Source of the DNA: Camelus dromedarius
Taxonomy: Eukaryota
Length of the DNA: 64,000 nucleotides
Reading direction: 5' to 3'
Assembly: GCF_036321535.1 (NCBI RefSeq)
Contig: NC_087472.1
Location: 101,806,001 to 101,870,000 of the forward strand
Below the pieces are notes generated by a model that made no database searches, was not told the origin of the DNA, and was given only the letters and a program-made list of their open reading frames with translations. The first letter of the stretch is position 1; every line of letters starts with the position of its first letter. Both the position numbers and the translations under genes were made by a program. Below are positions 1-11,954 of the stretch, one piece after another.

Positions 1-362
1 GCTTTAGGGCTTGGCCATATGACTGTCTCGACCGAGGGGAAGCTGGAAAATCTGATGTGAGCTAAAGTTCAAAGTGTGCTTGAGCTGTGAGGTTTGCCCT
101 TTTGTGCTTCTGCCAGTGCCGCGAAAAGAATGCACCCCAGTTAGCCCACTGGTCCAAGCAGGACGAAAGCCAAGTGAAGCCGACTGGAATCAAACCTGAA
201 AACAAGAGCCAAGCCCAGACCAGATTAGCCAATTTGCAGACCTGCAGCTCAAAGCACAGTCACCACAGCTGATGTGCAAAACTGAAAGCCTGAGAATAAT
301 ACTCATTGTTCTAAGCTACTGAGTTTGTGGGTTATTTGTTACACAGCCATGGTTGACTGATA
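1..362 (+). mobile_element. MaLR (MLT1-type) LTR relic
   Basis: Has ttggccatatgact near the start and a typical MLT1 3' end (ttgttctaagctactgagtttgtgggttatttgttacacagc...gactgata). Subfamily not determined. Confidence 0.7.
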
Positions 363-522
363 GTTATTATCATTAATTTTACAAGCCAGCTACAGCTTGG
401 ACAGTTTCAGGATGTCAATGCTAAATCTTAAAACATACTCTGTTCCATTTTCGGACAACACTCATTCTAAAAACGAAACAACAAGAACTGTTGTCTTTCC
501 ACTGTAGAACATGTAAGACAAG

Positions 523-595
523 CATTTGTTCATTCATTCACCTACCACTGACAGAGCACCTACTACATGCAGACACCATACTAGGTGCTGTGGAA
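523..595 (-). mobile_element. L2 LINE 3' end fragment
   Basis: ttcattcattca...gagcacctactacatgcagacaccatactaggtgctg is the reverse of the L2 tail. Confidence 0.7.
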
Positions 596-1760
596 ACATA
601 TGTCTCAGAACCATCTGCATTTAATTCCTGCAGCTAAATCATCTTCCACTGCCTAATATGCTGATTCTTAGAAAGCTAAGTCATGCCCTGTGACACAGGA
701 GTCCTGGCCAGGGGAGGAAGGCGGGCATGCCATGATCACCGCTGGAATCCACCAAAATCTTTAGCCAGGCATGTGTCTGCTCAGCAGGAAAGCTCTCTGT
801 GTCCAGGATCCTCTCAGTCCTGTAGAAAGTTCTACAGCCTCTAAATTGCCGCTGATGTTCAGAATCCAAAGCACTGCCATCTTTTTCCTGGCTAGAACCC
901 AGCTCACACCTAGGATCGGAAAAGGGCGGTTAAGTTGTCTCTCTCTCTCTCTCCCTCAGGCTAAAGCAATCCTGGTCTTTAACAGTCGACTTCTTTTCTG
1001 AGACTCGGGGGAATTGCAAAGCAGTCCATCTGGAAACTCCTCCAAGAGCTGATGCTGTTTAGAACCTGGCGGGAGCAGGGATCAAGGGCCAGACCGCTAT
1101 TTTATCATCCCTTCGATGTAGGCCATCTAAGAGTCTATTATCCAACCTGTGCTAACTGGCAAAACTCCAGGGCAGCACATTTCAGAGTCAGAGGGCACCT
1201 CAGAAGCCATTTCACCCACGCTGCACTCGCTGCCCTCTGCCTCGGCTCTGGGGATAAAGAAAGGGTTTAGTCTGCAGATTATTCCATTTGGACTCCACTG
1301 CCAGCCGTGAAATAATGGACCTCGTGTGTAGCATGTTTACAACTCCCTAGAAGGCCTATTTCTCTTCTTAAGTGCAACACAGAACATGGTAGCATAACAA
1401 TAACTGGGGAGTGTGTATTTCTTCTAAACACTCACTTGCTTTCTAGAAATGGAAAAGGTGCAGCCCCTGAAGTGAGAATTAATGCACAGAGGGCTGAGGC
1501 TGGTCCTATGGAGGTAGCCTATGATAGGACCTCACAGACCTATCAGAGCAGAGCTACCTGAAGCTTTACATTGGCTGTAAATCTCTGCTTTTACTTTCTG
1601 CCACGCTTCTTATGAGGACAGCTGTAGCTGCCCATACGTGCAACGTGAGACATCCTCCCCAGTGGAGCTCAAGGCGGAAGGGGGGCATCTCACAGCGCTT
1701 ACTTGGAAACCACGCCAATCTACTGCTGCTGCCTTCCTCTCTCAGGGCAGTGTCGGCTCC

Positions 1761-2271
1761 TGTATTATTTTTTATCTTTTTATTCTCTGCTTTGGATGCT
1801 TTGACATCTTGGGGTCTTGATGACCCTGGAGAGACTGCCTCTCCGAGGGCTGTCTCATTCCTAGAGATAGTCAACAACTTACCTGGGAGCCTGTCTCCCA
1901 CAGGCAAGCCAGCCAGTCCATCCCAGCCCCTCAAGCGTCTCCTGCCCCAGCCACCCCAGGTCAAGCACGTACAGCTCCCGTACTCCGAGCCCACAGAAAT
2001 TATTCAATTATTCAAACTACCACTCCTAAATCTGCTTACTCAGTCTCACCCATTCTTTCCCTTGGAAACCACAATAAAAGCTCTTGCACATAGTTGCCCC
2101 CTTCTCCTCCTGAACAACTCTGGGGCTCCTCCACATCCCCCTCCTCCATGGCTTGGCTTGGCCCCTCCTCTTGGGATCTGTCAGTAACAAACTATTTTTT
2201 TGAAGGCAATCATCCCCTGATCAACTGTCTTCATCATATCTGAATAACGATAAAACTGACATTTGAAAATA
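1761..2271 (+). mobile_element. ERVL-class solo LTR (MER74-like)
   Basis: Starts tgtatta, contains gatgctttgacatcttggggtcttgatgaccctggagagactgcc...ttcctagagatag and an aataaa near 2073. Flanked by a near-perfect 5-bp TSD, gctcc (1756-1760) and gcttc (2272-2276). Confidence 0.75.
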
Positions 2272-2864
2272 GCTTCAGGGCCCAGGAAGAGGGCAGGAGC
2301 AGTCACCAAGTAAGCCAAGACTGAGTGTCACCAAAGCAGATTGGTTCCTCCCATTGTGAAGTGGTTGTTCAAACTCTTTCTTTTGGAGGGATGAACTCCA
2401 GAACTGGGAACACTAGAGGGACAAAGGAGCACATTCAAAGGCAAATGTCTAAAACTGGTTTTAAAAATAAAAGTGCCCTGATTAGTAGTGTCCAGAGATT
2501 CTGTCGTGTGACTAGTCCTACCATGGCCAATCTCAAGCTACCACCATGAGAACAGATACACACAATCGGCTCTTGCAAGCTTTCTGTGTTAGCTCTGGAT
2601 GTGGATGGAGCTGTGGCTCCTACGACCCGCTGGGTGCTCAGAGGGACGCCCAGAATATGGCCCTGGAGACTCAAGAGTGCAAAAGGCTCCTTAATACTTG
2701 CACAGGACAGCCTTTTAGAAGAGATAGAGGCCTCTCTTCTCCTTGGAGAACTATGGAAGATTCAGGAAAGTATGCATCTTTTAAAGGCCGCTGGGCATCC
2801 CTCAAGCCTGTATCTCCTAGAGGAAACTGCAGCCCAGAGCATGTAAGGTGTCAGAGAGAGAACT

Positions 2865-2990
2865 GAAGCTCTGCTGTCACAAAGACCTGCTGTGTGAGCT
2901 CGGGTGAGTTAGTCTGACTCAACCTCAGTTTCCTCATCTGTAAAATGGGAGTAACAGCTCGGACATTGCTGGGTTGTGGTCAAGACTAGG
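2865..2990 (+). mobile_element. MIR SINE
   Basis: MIR core cctcagtttcctcatctgtaaaatggg. Confidence 0.85.
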
Positions 2991-3014
2991 AATGATGCTT
3001 GTCTGACACAGAAA

Positions 3015-3678
3015 TAGCTTCTTAACTCAGTCAGGGAGCCACAGATATTTTTTTCATCAATTTGTACAGAAATTTAGTATTTCTTTTGTGAATGAAGTCA
3101 ACCAACCACAGAAATACAGCATACTTGTGAGGTTGTTGTCAATAGAAATTATAGATATTTTCATATCAGATTAGAGTTGATCTCTTGAAATATTATTCAT
3201 ATCACCACTACTTCAGATTATGAGGATTGCTAGATGATAGTTGTTATTATTTAATGTACTAATGAAGATGCATATATCTATTATAATATCACCGTTTTAG
3301 TTCAAAGTTTGTAGATACTGACAGGCATATGTAGAATAGATAAACACTGTATAGCACAGGGAAATAGATACAAGATCTTGTGGTAGCTCACAGCGAAAAA
3401 AAATGTGACAATGAATATATGTATGTTCATGTGTAACTGAAAAATTGTGCTCTATTCTGGAAATTGACACAACACATAAACTGACTATAACTCAATTAGA
3501 AAAGTTAAGAAAACAGTTTTAAAATATTTTGATAACTGTATTTCAATATACTTGGCTTCACTGTAACCCTAAGTGTTGTATTTTATGCATCGAGGAACAT
3601 TATTCTGAGAAGGGATCCACAGATTTCACCAAATCGCCAAAGGGGTCCATGCTTCAAATAAATGTTAAGAACACCCAG
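3015..3678. mobile_element. hAT-Charlie-type DNA transposon relic interrupted by an L1 3' end
   Basis: Ends cttcttaac...gttaagaacacc, with internal tttgataactgtatttcaatata...attctgagaagggatccacagatttcacc...aaaggggtccatg. Related fragments occur at ~30640-30970 (opposite strand) and ~31795-31870. Confidence 0.6.
3300..3512 (+). mobile_element. Young lineage-specific L1 3' end (5'-truncated)
   Basis: ctgtatagcacagggaaatagatacaagatcttgtggtagctcacagcg...gactataactcaatt plus an A-rich tail. Same subfamily as 36226-36400. Confidence 0.85.
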
Positions 3679-4499
3679 GTTGACGCTATAAATGGTAGCT
3701 AGATGAGAATGCTGAGGATGATGAAGACGACGATGAAGGTTCTCACAGTCTCTGGGGTAGTGACAGCCTTGCTTGGGTGAGGTCCAGTGGAGTGGCTGCT
3801 CCCTGGAGAATATTCTAACTCCAGGTGCCCACGAGTTGTCAGAACATTAAGAAAGCCATTGACTAGGAGGGCTGTGTCTGCTGCTTGGTGTTCTCTCCGA
3901 CCCACTGGAAATCCAGCCACTGCTCACCTGACTCCAGACAAGGCTCTCTAGTCCACAATGGCACCATGTGCAAATCCCAGCTCCATGTGGGTCCACTGAC
4001 TGGGTGTCTGCCGTTATTTTCAGGCTCTGACTCCTGTAGGAGCCTGCCACGGCTGCTCCCAGAGCTCAGAAACCCAGCTCCTGAGCATCCTCAGTAAGTT
4101 TCAACTGCCAATCCTCTGCCATGATCTGTGGTTCGGAAAACCTAGACGTGGCACCTTCAGTCCTAGAAGATGTCATGAGAAGCAGAGCCTTGGGGCCAGA
4201 CTGTCTATCTGCGAGTTGTTTGGAGCTTGGAAAAATGTTCAGAGTAAGAAATGTTATTATCTCGCTTCAGGAATTGTGGAGGAAATGGAGCTTAATCCAT
4301 AGAGAACTGTAGATAAACTGTTACTTGGGCAGTGAATACTGTGTTACGGAGCTAAGGCATTTTGAAAGCTCCCTCCAAAATCACTGGCCTGTCTTTTGTC
4401 CTTCCAATGGGGAAACAGTGGGCACCCAAAAACTGGCCGCAGAAATTCCACTGCAGGCTCCCCTGGCCTACACTAGGCGCTCAAAAATATATTTGTGGA

Positions 4500-4690
4500 A
4501 TGAAGCAGCTCCTTCATTCCTCTCCACAAACCTTACAGTTAAATACTATTATTATTCCCATTTTAGAGATGAGAAAACTCAAGTAAAGCTATTTGCCCAA
4601 GGTCACACAGGTAGTAGGTGGGAGAGGCAGGATTTCAACCCAGGTCAGCATAGCTCCAAAGCCTATAATCTTAGCCACTATTCTAAACAG
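4500..4690 (-). mobile_element. MIR SINE
   Basis: attattcccatttttagagatgagaaaact...tttgcccaaggtcacacag...ggatttcaacccagg. Confidence 0.85.
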
Positions 4691-4778
4691 ATGTAGCCTC
4701 AAATAACTACAAAGACTGAAGAGATCCCTAGATGATTAGGTACATTTAAAGCACTGTTTGCTGTGGTGGTGACTTCTC

Positions 4779-5357
4779 TTTTGAAGTGTAGCTGATTTAA
4801 AACATTGTGTTAGTTTTAGGTGTATAGCATAGTGATTCATCTTTTTATAGATTATACTCCATTTATAGTCATCATAAAATAATGACTATATTTCTCTGTG
4901 CTGTACAATATATCCTTGTTGCTTATGTATTTTATGCATAGTGGTCTGTACCTCTTAACCCCCTCCCTCAACTTGCCCCTCCTCCCCTTCCCTCTCCCCA
5001 CTGGTAACCACTAGATTGTTCTCTATATCTGTGTCTGTTTTCCTATATACATTTGCTTGCTTTATTTTTCAGATTTCACATGTAGGTGATATCATACAGT
5101 ATTTGTCTTTCTATCACTAAGCATAATATTCTCTAGGTCCATCCACACTGCTCTAAACAGCAGAATTTCATTGTTTTTTTATGACTGAGTAGTATTCCAC
5201 TGTGTATGTGTGTATGTGTGTCTGCGCATGTCTGTGTGTCTCTCATCTTCTTTATCCATTTGTCTGTTGATGGATACTTGGGTTGCTTCTGTACCCTGGC
5301 TACTGTAAACAGTGCTGCTATAAACATTGGGGTGCATGTATCTTTTAGAATTAGTGG
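4779..5357 (-). mobile_element. L1 3' region (ORF2 end and 3'UTR)
   Basis: The minus-strand ORF MFIAALFTVARVQKQPKYPSTDKWIKKM matches the L1 ORF2 C-terminus, followed by a typical L1 3'UTR. Confidence 0.9.
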
Positions 5358-5913
5358 GCTTTTGATCCTGGATAACTCTCGGCTATAGTCAACACATCAG
5401 CCTTGGATACAGAACATGAAGAGATGAAAGTGCTGATTGATTTGACAACTGGGAGCTAAATGATGCCTTTGTCAGCTGAGTTACTATGACGAGGGCATCA
5501 GCTGCACAGAGACAACCCTTCCTGGTCCCTTGTCACCCTTTCTTTCTCTTAGACAGATGTGTCAGGAAGGACCATTTCAGCTGAACTCTCTGGTGCCCTG
5601 AGGCAAATGCTCCAGAGTCCTGCCCCGGGTGGTCTCAGGCTTTGTGCTTCCAGCTTCAGCAGAAAACTCTAATCTCCTTTCTCCCATGTGATTTTTCAAA
5701 CAAACCAAAAACATTCATCACAATGTTAAACCTTTGAGTTTCCCACTCTAAAATTCTGGTAGATTAATTGATGTTCCCAGATCAGATATCAGCATTATCT
5801 GGAATTCTTCTGCCATCTCCCACAGCGCTTCTGAGTCCACAGAATGCCTTGTACTTATTTCCTTTCCCGAACAGCGGCATCTATTTTACTTGACATCACC
5901 ATGCACTGAGTAC

Positions 5914-6127
5914 CAGTGATATGCTAATGAATGTTTAATACCTGACTGTCCATAGGGGAAACAGAAGCCCTCACTTGCAGTGTTTGCTGATTTCTGTGGT
6001 GTAAATACTCCCACCTTGGCTGATTGCAAGCTACCAACTTGATGTCACTGAAAGAACACCGACTCGGCGAGACATATGCACAACTGGCTCTGATGAACCT
6101 GTACAAGCTGGTTCCAGCACACCACAG
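5914..6127. mobile_element. MER63-like hAT DNA transposon
   Basis: Termini cagtgatatgct...ccagcacaccacag, internal gtggtgtaaatactcccacc...caagctaccaac. Second copy at 57829-58030. Confidence 0.7.
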
Positions 6128-7324
6128 CCCAGGACCCAGCACCCAAACACATTCTGAAACAGCTCATCCTTTCATAGCCCTCAGAGTACCAAAAACTCCC
6201 TATGAGTCTGTGACGAATAAAAAGTCATTAAGGGTATTTGAGACCCAGCTGAGTAGCAAGATCTTGGGAGCTGATAGCATTGTACCTCTTCTGTTCAAAG
6301 CCAACTAACTGCTAGGGCAGCAAATGCGGAGATCAGGCAAAATGACCGGGCATCCACCACGGTCATTAAAGCTGTACACAGAAGGGGCAAAGCTCATTCC
6401 ACTACATAGTTCTCAAGCACATTATACCTGGACAAGGCCTCCCTCGCGGTTTGTTCCTCAAAGTAACTGTGAGGCTCATACCTCTGGCTTCCCCAATGCC
6501 TCCGAGATGAACATCAGTTTGGAGTGTGCATTTTGAGGCCTTGGTGTTGTTTTATTTCCATTTGATCATACTTACTAATTACTGACTTCATCCTATGCTA
6601 GATGTTTTTCTGTCAACTCTTTCAAAACTGTTCCAGGACACCAAAAAATAAATCTATACAAATTAAATGAGTGAATGAATGAAATTCACTTTGTCAGCTG
6701 CATAACAGCAGTTGTTATGACTAACAGTAGCCCACCTACCACACACTTCTGCTCTCCGAGTCAACCTCAGTGGCATTCACCCCCACTCAAACTCTTAAAA
6801 GCGTCCTAGGCAAGCAAGAGAACAGTTGTCATCATCTGGATGGTAACAAAGATATCTGACCTATATTACAGGAGAAAATACTAATGATGTAAGAAAAATC
6901 ACAGCCTCTTTCCCTCAGATTTACTTGAGTGAGAGAGAAAGATAAGAGGTGGAAAGAAATGAGAAGAGGGACAAAAGATAAGCACCCATACAGGTGGGAT
7001 ACTGGAGGCAGTCTAGGGGGAGTTTGGGAGAATTGTGGGGAACTGAGGGCAAGGGGAGAAAGAATGGTCTAAGATGCTTAGGTGCGTTTGAGGTATGAAA
7101 AGTGGCAGGTGTAGGGGTGTGTGTTTTAAGAGCTATTGCTGTGAGTTATAAATTGGATCTTCTCGAACATTTCAAGAAACATTTTGGGCAACCAGAATTA
7201 TACTTACTTCTAATTGCTAGATATTTTTTCTTGTGACAGTATGCCAAGACTGGACCATGTGGAGTTCGAGTTATATTGGGTGCAAAATACATTATCTCTG
7301 TTACTTAAACCAGTTCTTCAAGGT

Positions 7325-7420
7325 AAACATTTTTATTCCCATTTTACAGATGGTGAAACAGAGGCTCAGAGAGAATGAACAACTATTCCAAGACCACACA
7401 AAGTGATAAGTGAGCCAAGA
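7325..7420 (-). mobile_element. MIR SINE fragment
   Basis: tttattcccattttacagatggtgaaacagaggctcagagag. Confidence 0.8.
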
Positions 7421-7859
7421 TGCGGTCTCCTACTAGGAAAATAATAAAGTTGAAAATAATTAGAGTAGTACTATTTTGTCTTCAGAACATTAAAAACAAA
7501 ACAAAAAACCTATCAGTTGGAGACATGTGTATACAAGTGAAAAGTGAACAATATCCATAATAAGTAAAAGAATTAGGTGGGATGGCTGGTGGAACTGCTC
7601 CAAGGAGTCAAGAAAGTTCTCAGAGGTTCTCCTGGGCTAGGGCATAAAAGAGCTGAACACTGACACCTGCATGCTCATTCCCCTAATGGGGTGTATACCG
7701 ACCCTGAGACGTAAGCTGTGGCAGAGACCGTTCATAACATCCTAGTGTCTATCCCCAAGCATAAGGCTTCTCAAAATAAAGATGACCTCTTACACTTTGG
7801 GGGAGGGTGGCAGTGAATCAAGTTCTCAGCAGAAGTGGTGCACCCCAATCTTAGGAGTG

Positions 7860-8110
7860 TTGTCTTTGCAGGGAAGGGGCATGCTTTCAACTTCCTCCTT
7901 TGTCCTCCCATCCTTTAGTCTGGAATGTGGACATGGTGATCAGTCATCTGGGACCACCAGGATAAGGGCATCACTAGGGGAATGACAGAGCACCAAGATG
8001 GACAGATCCTGGTTCTCTGATATATACGAGGAAGAAGTAAACTTCTGCCTCGTCTAAACCAGTTACATTGGGTCTTTGTTGGAGCAACCAACCCTTCCTT
8101 TTATTCTGAC
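7860..8110 (+). mobile_element. MaLR (MLT1J/K-like) LTR fragment
   Basis: ctggaatgtggacatggtg...cagagcaccaagatggacagatcctgg...gaagtaaacttctg...gggtctttgtt. Confidence 0.6.
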
Positions 8111-8114
8111 AACC

Positions 8115-8595
8115 CAGTAACTCCAGTTCTAGGTATATACTGTAAGAAAGGCGTACAAAAGCCTATCAAAAGAGAAGTGCAAAAATATTCACAGCAGCCT
8201 TGTTCATAATAGTCAAAAGCTAGAACCAACCCAGACATCATCCATCAATGAAGAAATGGATAAATCCATTGTGGTATATCCATAGAATGGGATACTGTAC
8301 AGCAATCAAAAATAAGGTTCTGATCCACATAACAACATGGATGCATCTTACAGACATAATGCTGTAAAATGCATTTGGTGTGATTCCATTTATATGACAT
8401 TCAAAAACAGGAAAAACTAATCTATGGTGACAGTTGTTAGAAGAGTGACCTCTGGGTGGGATATACTGATTGGCAGGGGACAAAAGAGAAGCTCCTGGGA
8501 GCGCTGACAGTTCTAGATCTTGGTCTGGGTGGTAGCTACACAGTTATAGAGAGCCATGAGCTGTAGTTATGTATGCATCTGTGTAATGTTTTTAA
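8115..8595 (+). mobile_element. Old L1M (L1ME/MB-type) 3' region
   Basis: tccatcaatgaagaaatggataaatccattgtggtatatccatagaatgg...gattccatttatatgacattcaaaaacaggaaaaactaatctatggtga. Confidence 0.85.
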
Positions 8596-9533
8596 AATCT
8601 GCCTTCTTCAATCCTCTTTTTTCCATGTGTTTTTCTTCCAGAGCAGGATGGAACAAATTCCATGTTGAGGAAAAGCATTTGCACACACATGCACATCCCT
8701 CAGAACCAGACAGGAAGTTCACACACCATGGAAAACACACTCTACTCACTACAAATAACTGTGCCATCAGACACACAAAGGAGAAATTAATTTGTGGCTA
8801 CATATTGAAAGAAAAAAAAATAAATTACTTCCAAAACCCAGAGAACACAATATGTCTCTCAGGAAACAAAGTTTCCATGGATGCAATGCCACAGTCAAGA
8901 GGAGAAGGAAAAAAGTAATGTCAGAAGCAGCAAAGTTTGTCTTTCTCTCCACAAATGTCAGTGCCCACTGACCACTGAATCACTCCCACGGCTTACTAAA
9001 GTAAATGTCACAGAAAGTTACGGACACCATCTTATTCATTAAATGTACTTGAAGGGCTTTCTGGGGGAGAATTTTTTTTTTTTTAATCAAATAGGAGGTT
9101 TGCAATGCAGCATGAGGGTTCTAACTCATACCAGCCGGGATGTCATTCCTAACACTGAATGGACATTGGGTGAGATGTTTTCAGTCTCAGGCTGCACTAA
9201 ATATAGGAAGAATGTGATGTTTAAACTTTAAGCCAGCTTCCTCACAACGCATTCACCCATCTCATTCAACATTCACGACTCCACAAGAGTATACAACAGT
9301 ATGTGCTAAGGAGGTCGTGCAGACATCCTCCGGACCATCCATTTTGCCCCATGGTAAAGTATACATATCCATGATCAGACATATTATAAATGCAAAACCA
9401 TCATGCATTTTAAGCTAAGACTTCAAAGCAATTTTGTACTTGAAAACTTGCACCCCACACCATCAAGGTATTAATCCTCTTTTCTCTACCACCAGGAGCA
9501 CTTGAGTGGAAGAGTTTGAGAAGTTCTTTCTCT

Positions 9534-9762
9534 CTAGAGCTGCACAGTCCACTATGGTATTGCAGTTTAGATTTAGATTAATGAAAATGTTAAATAAAAT
9601 TAAAATAAAACCAAGGCAAATTAAGAATCTAGTTCCTCAGTTGTGCTAAGCACATGTTAAGTGCTCAGCAGCCTTCAGTGGCTAGTGGCTACAATATTGG
9701 ACAGCACAGATAGGGGCCATTTCCATCACCACATAAAGTTCTATAGGACAGCGCCAGACTAG
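9534..9762. mobile_element. MER3-like hAT-Charlie MITE
   Basis: agttcctcagttgtgctaagcacatgttaagtgctc...gtggctagtggctacaatattggacagcacagata...aaagttctataggacagcg. Confidence 0.75.
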
Positions 9763-10597
9763 ATTATAAAAATCTAGTTAATCTACAGAGATGCTTCAAG
9801 ATCCTTCCCTTCTAGCTCGAGAAGAAGGGAAGGTCCAAGGTATCAGATAGACTACTGTAGGAACTGAACTCAATTCCACAGTCATATTAATTGAAAGTCT
9901 ACCAGGTGTCAGGTGTTAGGAAGAAAAAAAACCAGGTACAGATCTTAGATTCAAGAAATATAGCCATCAATTCCTCTAATGCGAGAACACAGTACCAGGC
10001 CTTCTGTCCACACCACATTCAGAATACTACTCTCCACACAACCCACAGAACAACCCCAAACAGCTTTACTTCCCAAACGAAGCCCATCCACTAGTGAAGC
10101 AGGAAGAAGGTGAGTATGAATAACTGGCACAGAACTCACCTTGGGGGTTAGGGCTCAGGGTTGGGAAAATCCCTTGGAAGCTACTGGAAATGAACTGGGA
10201 GATTCAGGGCAAAGTGGTCAAGAGCAAAGTTACTGAAGATCCGGCCATGTGTGCTTCATGACCCAAAGGATGGGTGTTTGTTTCCAAGAAAGAAGGGCAA
10301 GGGGGGGGCTAGAAGAGGCAGCAATAAGAAGGGAAGAAAGAAGCTGACAGAAGGACACGGTAATAGGGCTCCTTTTAAGGAGCAAAGTGGTCATGTGCAA
10401 GTGCTTTTCCAACGTGTACCCCCGACCCCGTCTCGAGTTGGCATATGCATACCACTGGCGTAGATGGTCACCACGGTCTTAAGATGGACATGGCACATCT
10501 TCCTGGACCTTCCATTTTATTCCATCCTATGAAGTGGAGTGGCCCCAGGATGTATGAAGAACAGGGGTGTTGGAAGTTCAGTATGACATTGTTGGCC

Positions 10598-10800
10598 ACG
10601 GTAGATTGTTTGCCAAAATGGCCAAGATAATTGCCCTTTCCTGTATCACACCCCTACACAAAATGACTTTGCGGTTCTGCTCATCAAGAGGTGAGACTAT
10701 TTGTCCTTCCCTTGAATCTAGGCTTATTTTCTTTTAACTTGTTTAGCTAACAGAATGCAGCAGAAACTGTGTCATGTCACATGTAAACCTGAAGAGGCCT
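10598..10800 (+). mobile_element. MaLR (MLT1) LTR 5' fragment
   Basis: tagattgtttgccaaaatggcc...catcaagaggtgagactatttgtccttcccttgaatctaggc...aacagaatgcagcagaa. Confidence 0.65.
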
Positions 10801-10867
10801 GTTCCGACTCTCAATTTGTATTCATTTACCATGGAGTAAAATGGGGGGGGGGGTCCTAAAAGATGAG

Positions 10868-11520
10868 CTTCCTAATGGGTCTCCCTGCTTCCATCCACCC
10901 CTGCCCTGCCTCAGTATGTCCTCAACACAGCACCACAAACCAGAAAATGTCCCTTCTTTGCTAAGAGCCCTCCAGTGGCTCCCACCTCATTCAGAGTAAA
11001 AGGCAAAGGTCCCAAGTGACCTGCAGTGTAGCCCCCACCCCCATGACTTCTCTGAGTTTACCTCTCACCACTTCATGCCTCCTACTTTGATTCGACCAAA
11101 CAACAGCAAAGCCTCCTTGCTTTTCCTTGAACCTGTCAGCACACGCTCCTACCTCGGGACCTTTGCACTTAGTGTCTCCTCTGCTTGGAACTTTTTTCTC
11201 CCAGATACCCACATCATTCATTCATGCCACGTTTTTACTCACATATTAACTTCTCAGGGAGGCACCCTCAGCAATCCTTATCCTCCATCTTCATTTTGTT
11301 CATGGCATTCTCACCACCTAACAAGCTACATAATTCATGAATTTTGCTTACATTTGTCTCCTCATAGTCTCGTCTCCTCCCTAGACTGTAAGTTCTCTGA
11401 CGGCAGAAATTTGTACATGTTTTGTTTATTGCTGTATCCTCAACACTTAGGACAGTGCCAGGAACATAGTATCAGTAGGGCAGCTCAAAAAATATTTGTT
11501 CAATGAATGAATGAATGAAT
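10868..11520 (+). mobile_element. L2 LINE 3' region
   Basis: cctaatgggtctccctgcttcca...ctagactgtaagttctctga...gacagtgccaggaacatagt...aatatttgttcaatgaatgaatgaatgaat. Confidence 0.9.
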
Positions 11521-11529
11521 AAAACTTAG

Positions 11530-11954
11530 TTATTATAGCAGACCCTGTCAGTGCTCCATGCATACCTCTCAGACCTTTCAGGTAAGTTCTAGTAGACTTC
11601 CAACTTCCAGAACCTCCATCTCTGAGCCTGAGGGTCAATTTTCCTGGACCAGCACTGTGGAAGGCCACTCTGACCATACACGAGGTGGGCTGGAAATGCT
11701 GGGGAACTCAAACCCCTAGAAGCAGCCCCCAACCAATGACTCAGGAGGTTGGAGCACAAATAGCCCAGCTCCCTTGCCCTTTGGGTGGTTTCAGTTATTC
11801 TGCAGGACTAAGCTTGAAGATGCCCATTATTGGCTTCCCCCTTTCCCTGTATTATATCCTCATGACTTACTAGTGTTCCAGAATCTCCCAAATAAACTAC
11901 CTACACTTGGCCCATCATCTCAGGTTTATTTTTGGAAGGATCAAACCCAAGACA
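11530..11954 (+). mobile_element. ERVL solo LTR (LTR16-family)
   Basis: gcagcccccaaccaatgact...aaatagcccagctcccttgcc...ctcccaaataaactacctacac...ctcaggtttatttttgg...cccaagaca. Confidence 0.7.

Noticed and set aside
1612..2187. Longest ORF (191 aa) and the overlapping 142-aa antisense ORF
   Set aside because: They lie mostly within a MER74-like solo LTR, with no recognisable domain or exon structure.
5133..5327. ORF resembling a known protein (MFIAALFTVA...)
   Set aside because: It is the decayed C-terminus of L1 ORF2, not a host gene.
11075..11506. 143-aa ORF
   Set aside because: Entirely within the L2 3' region; a chance ORF.
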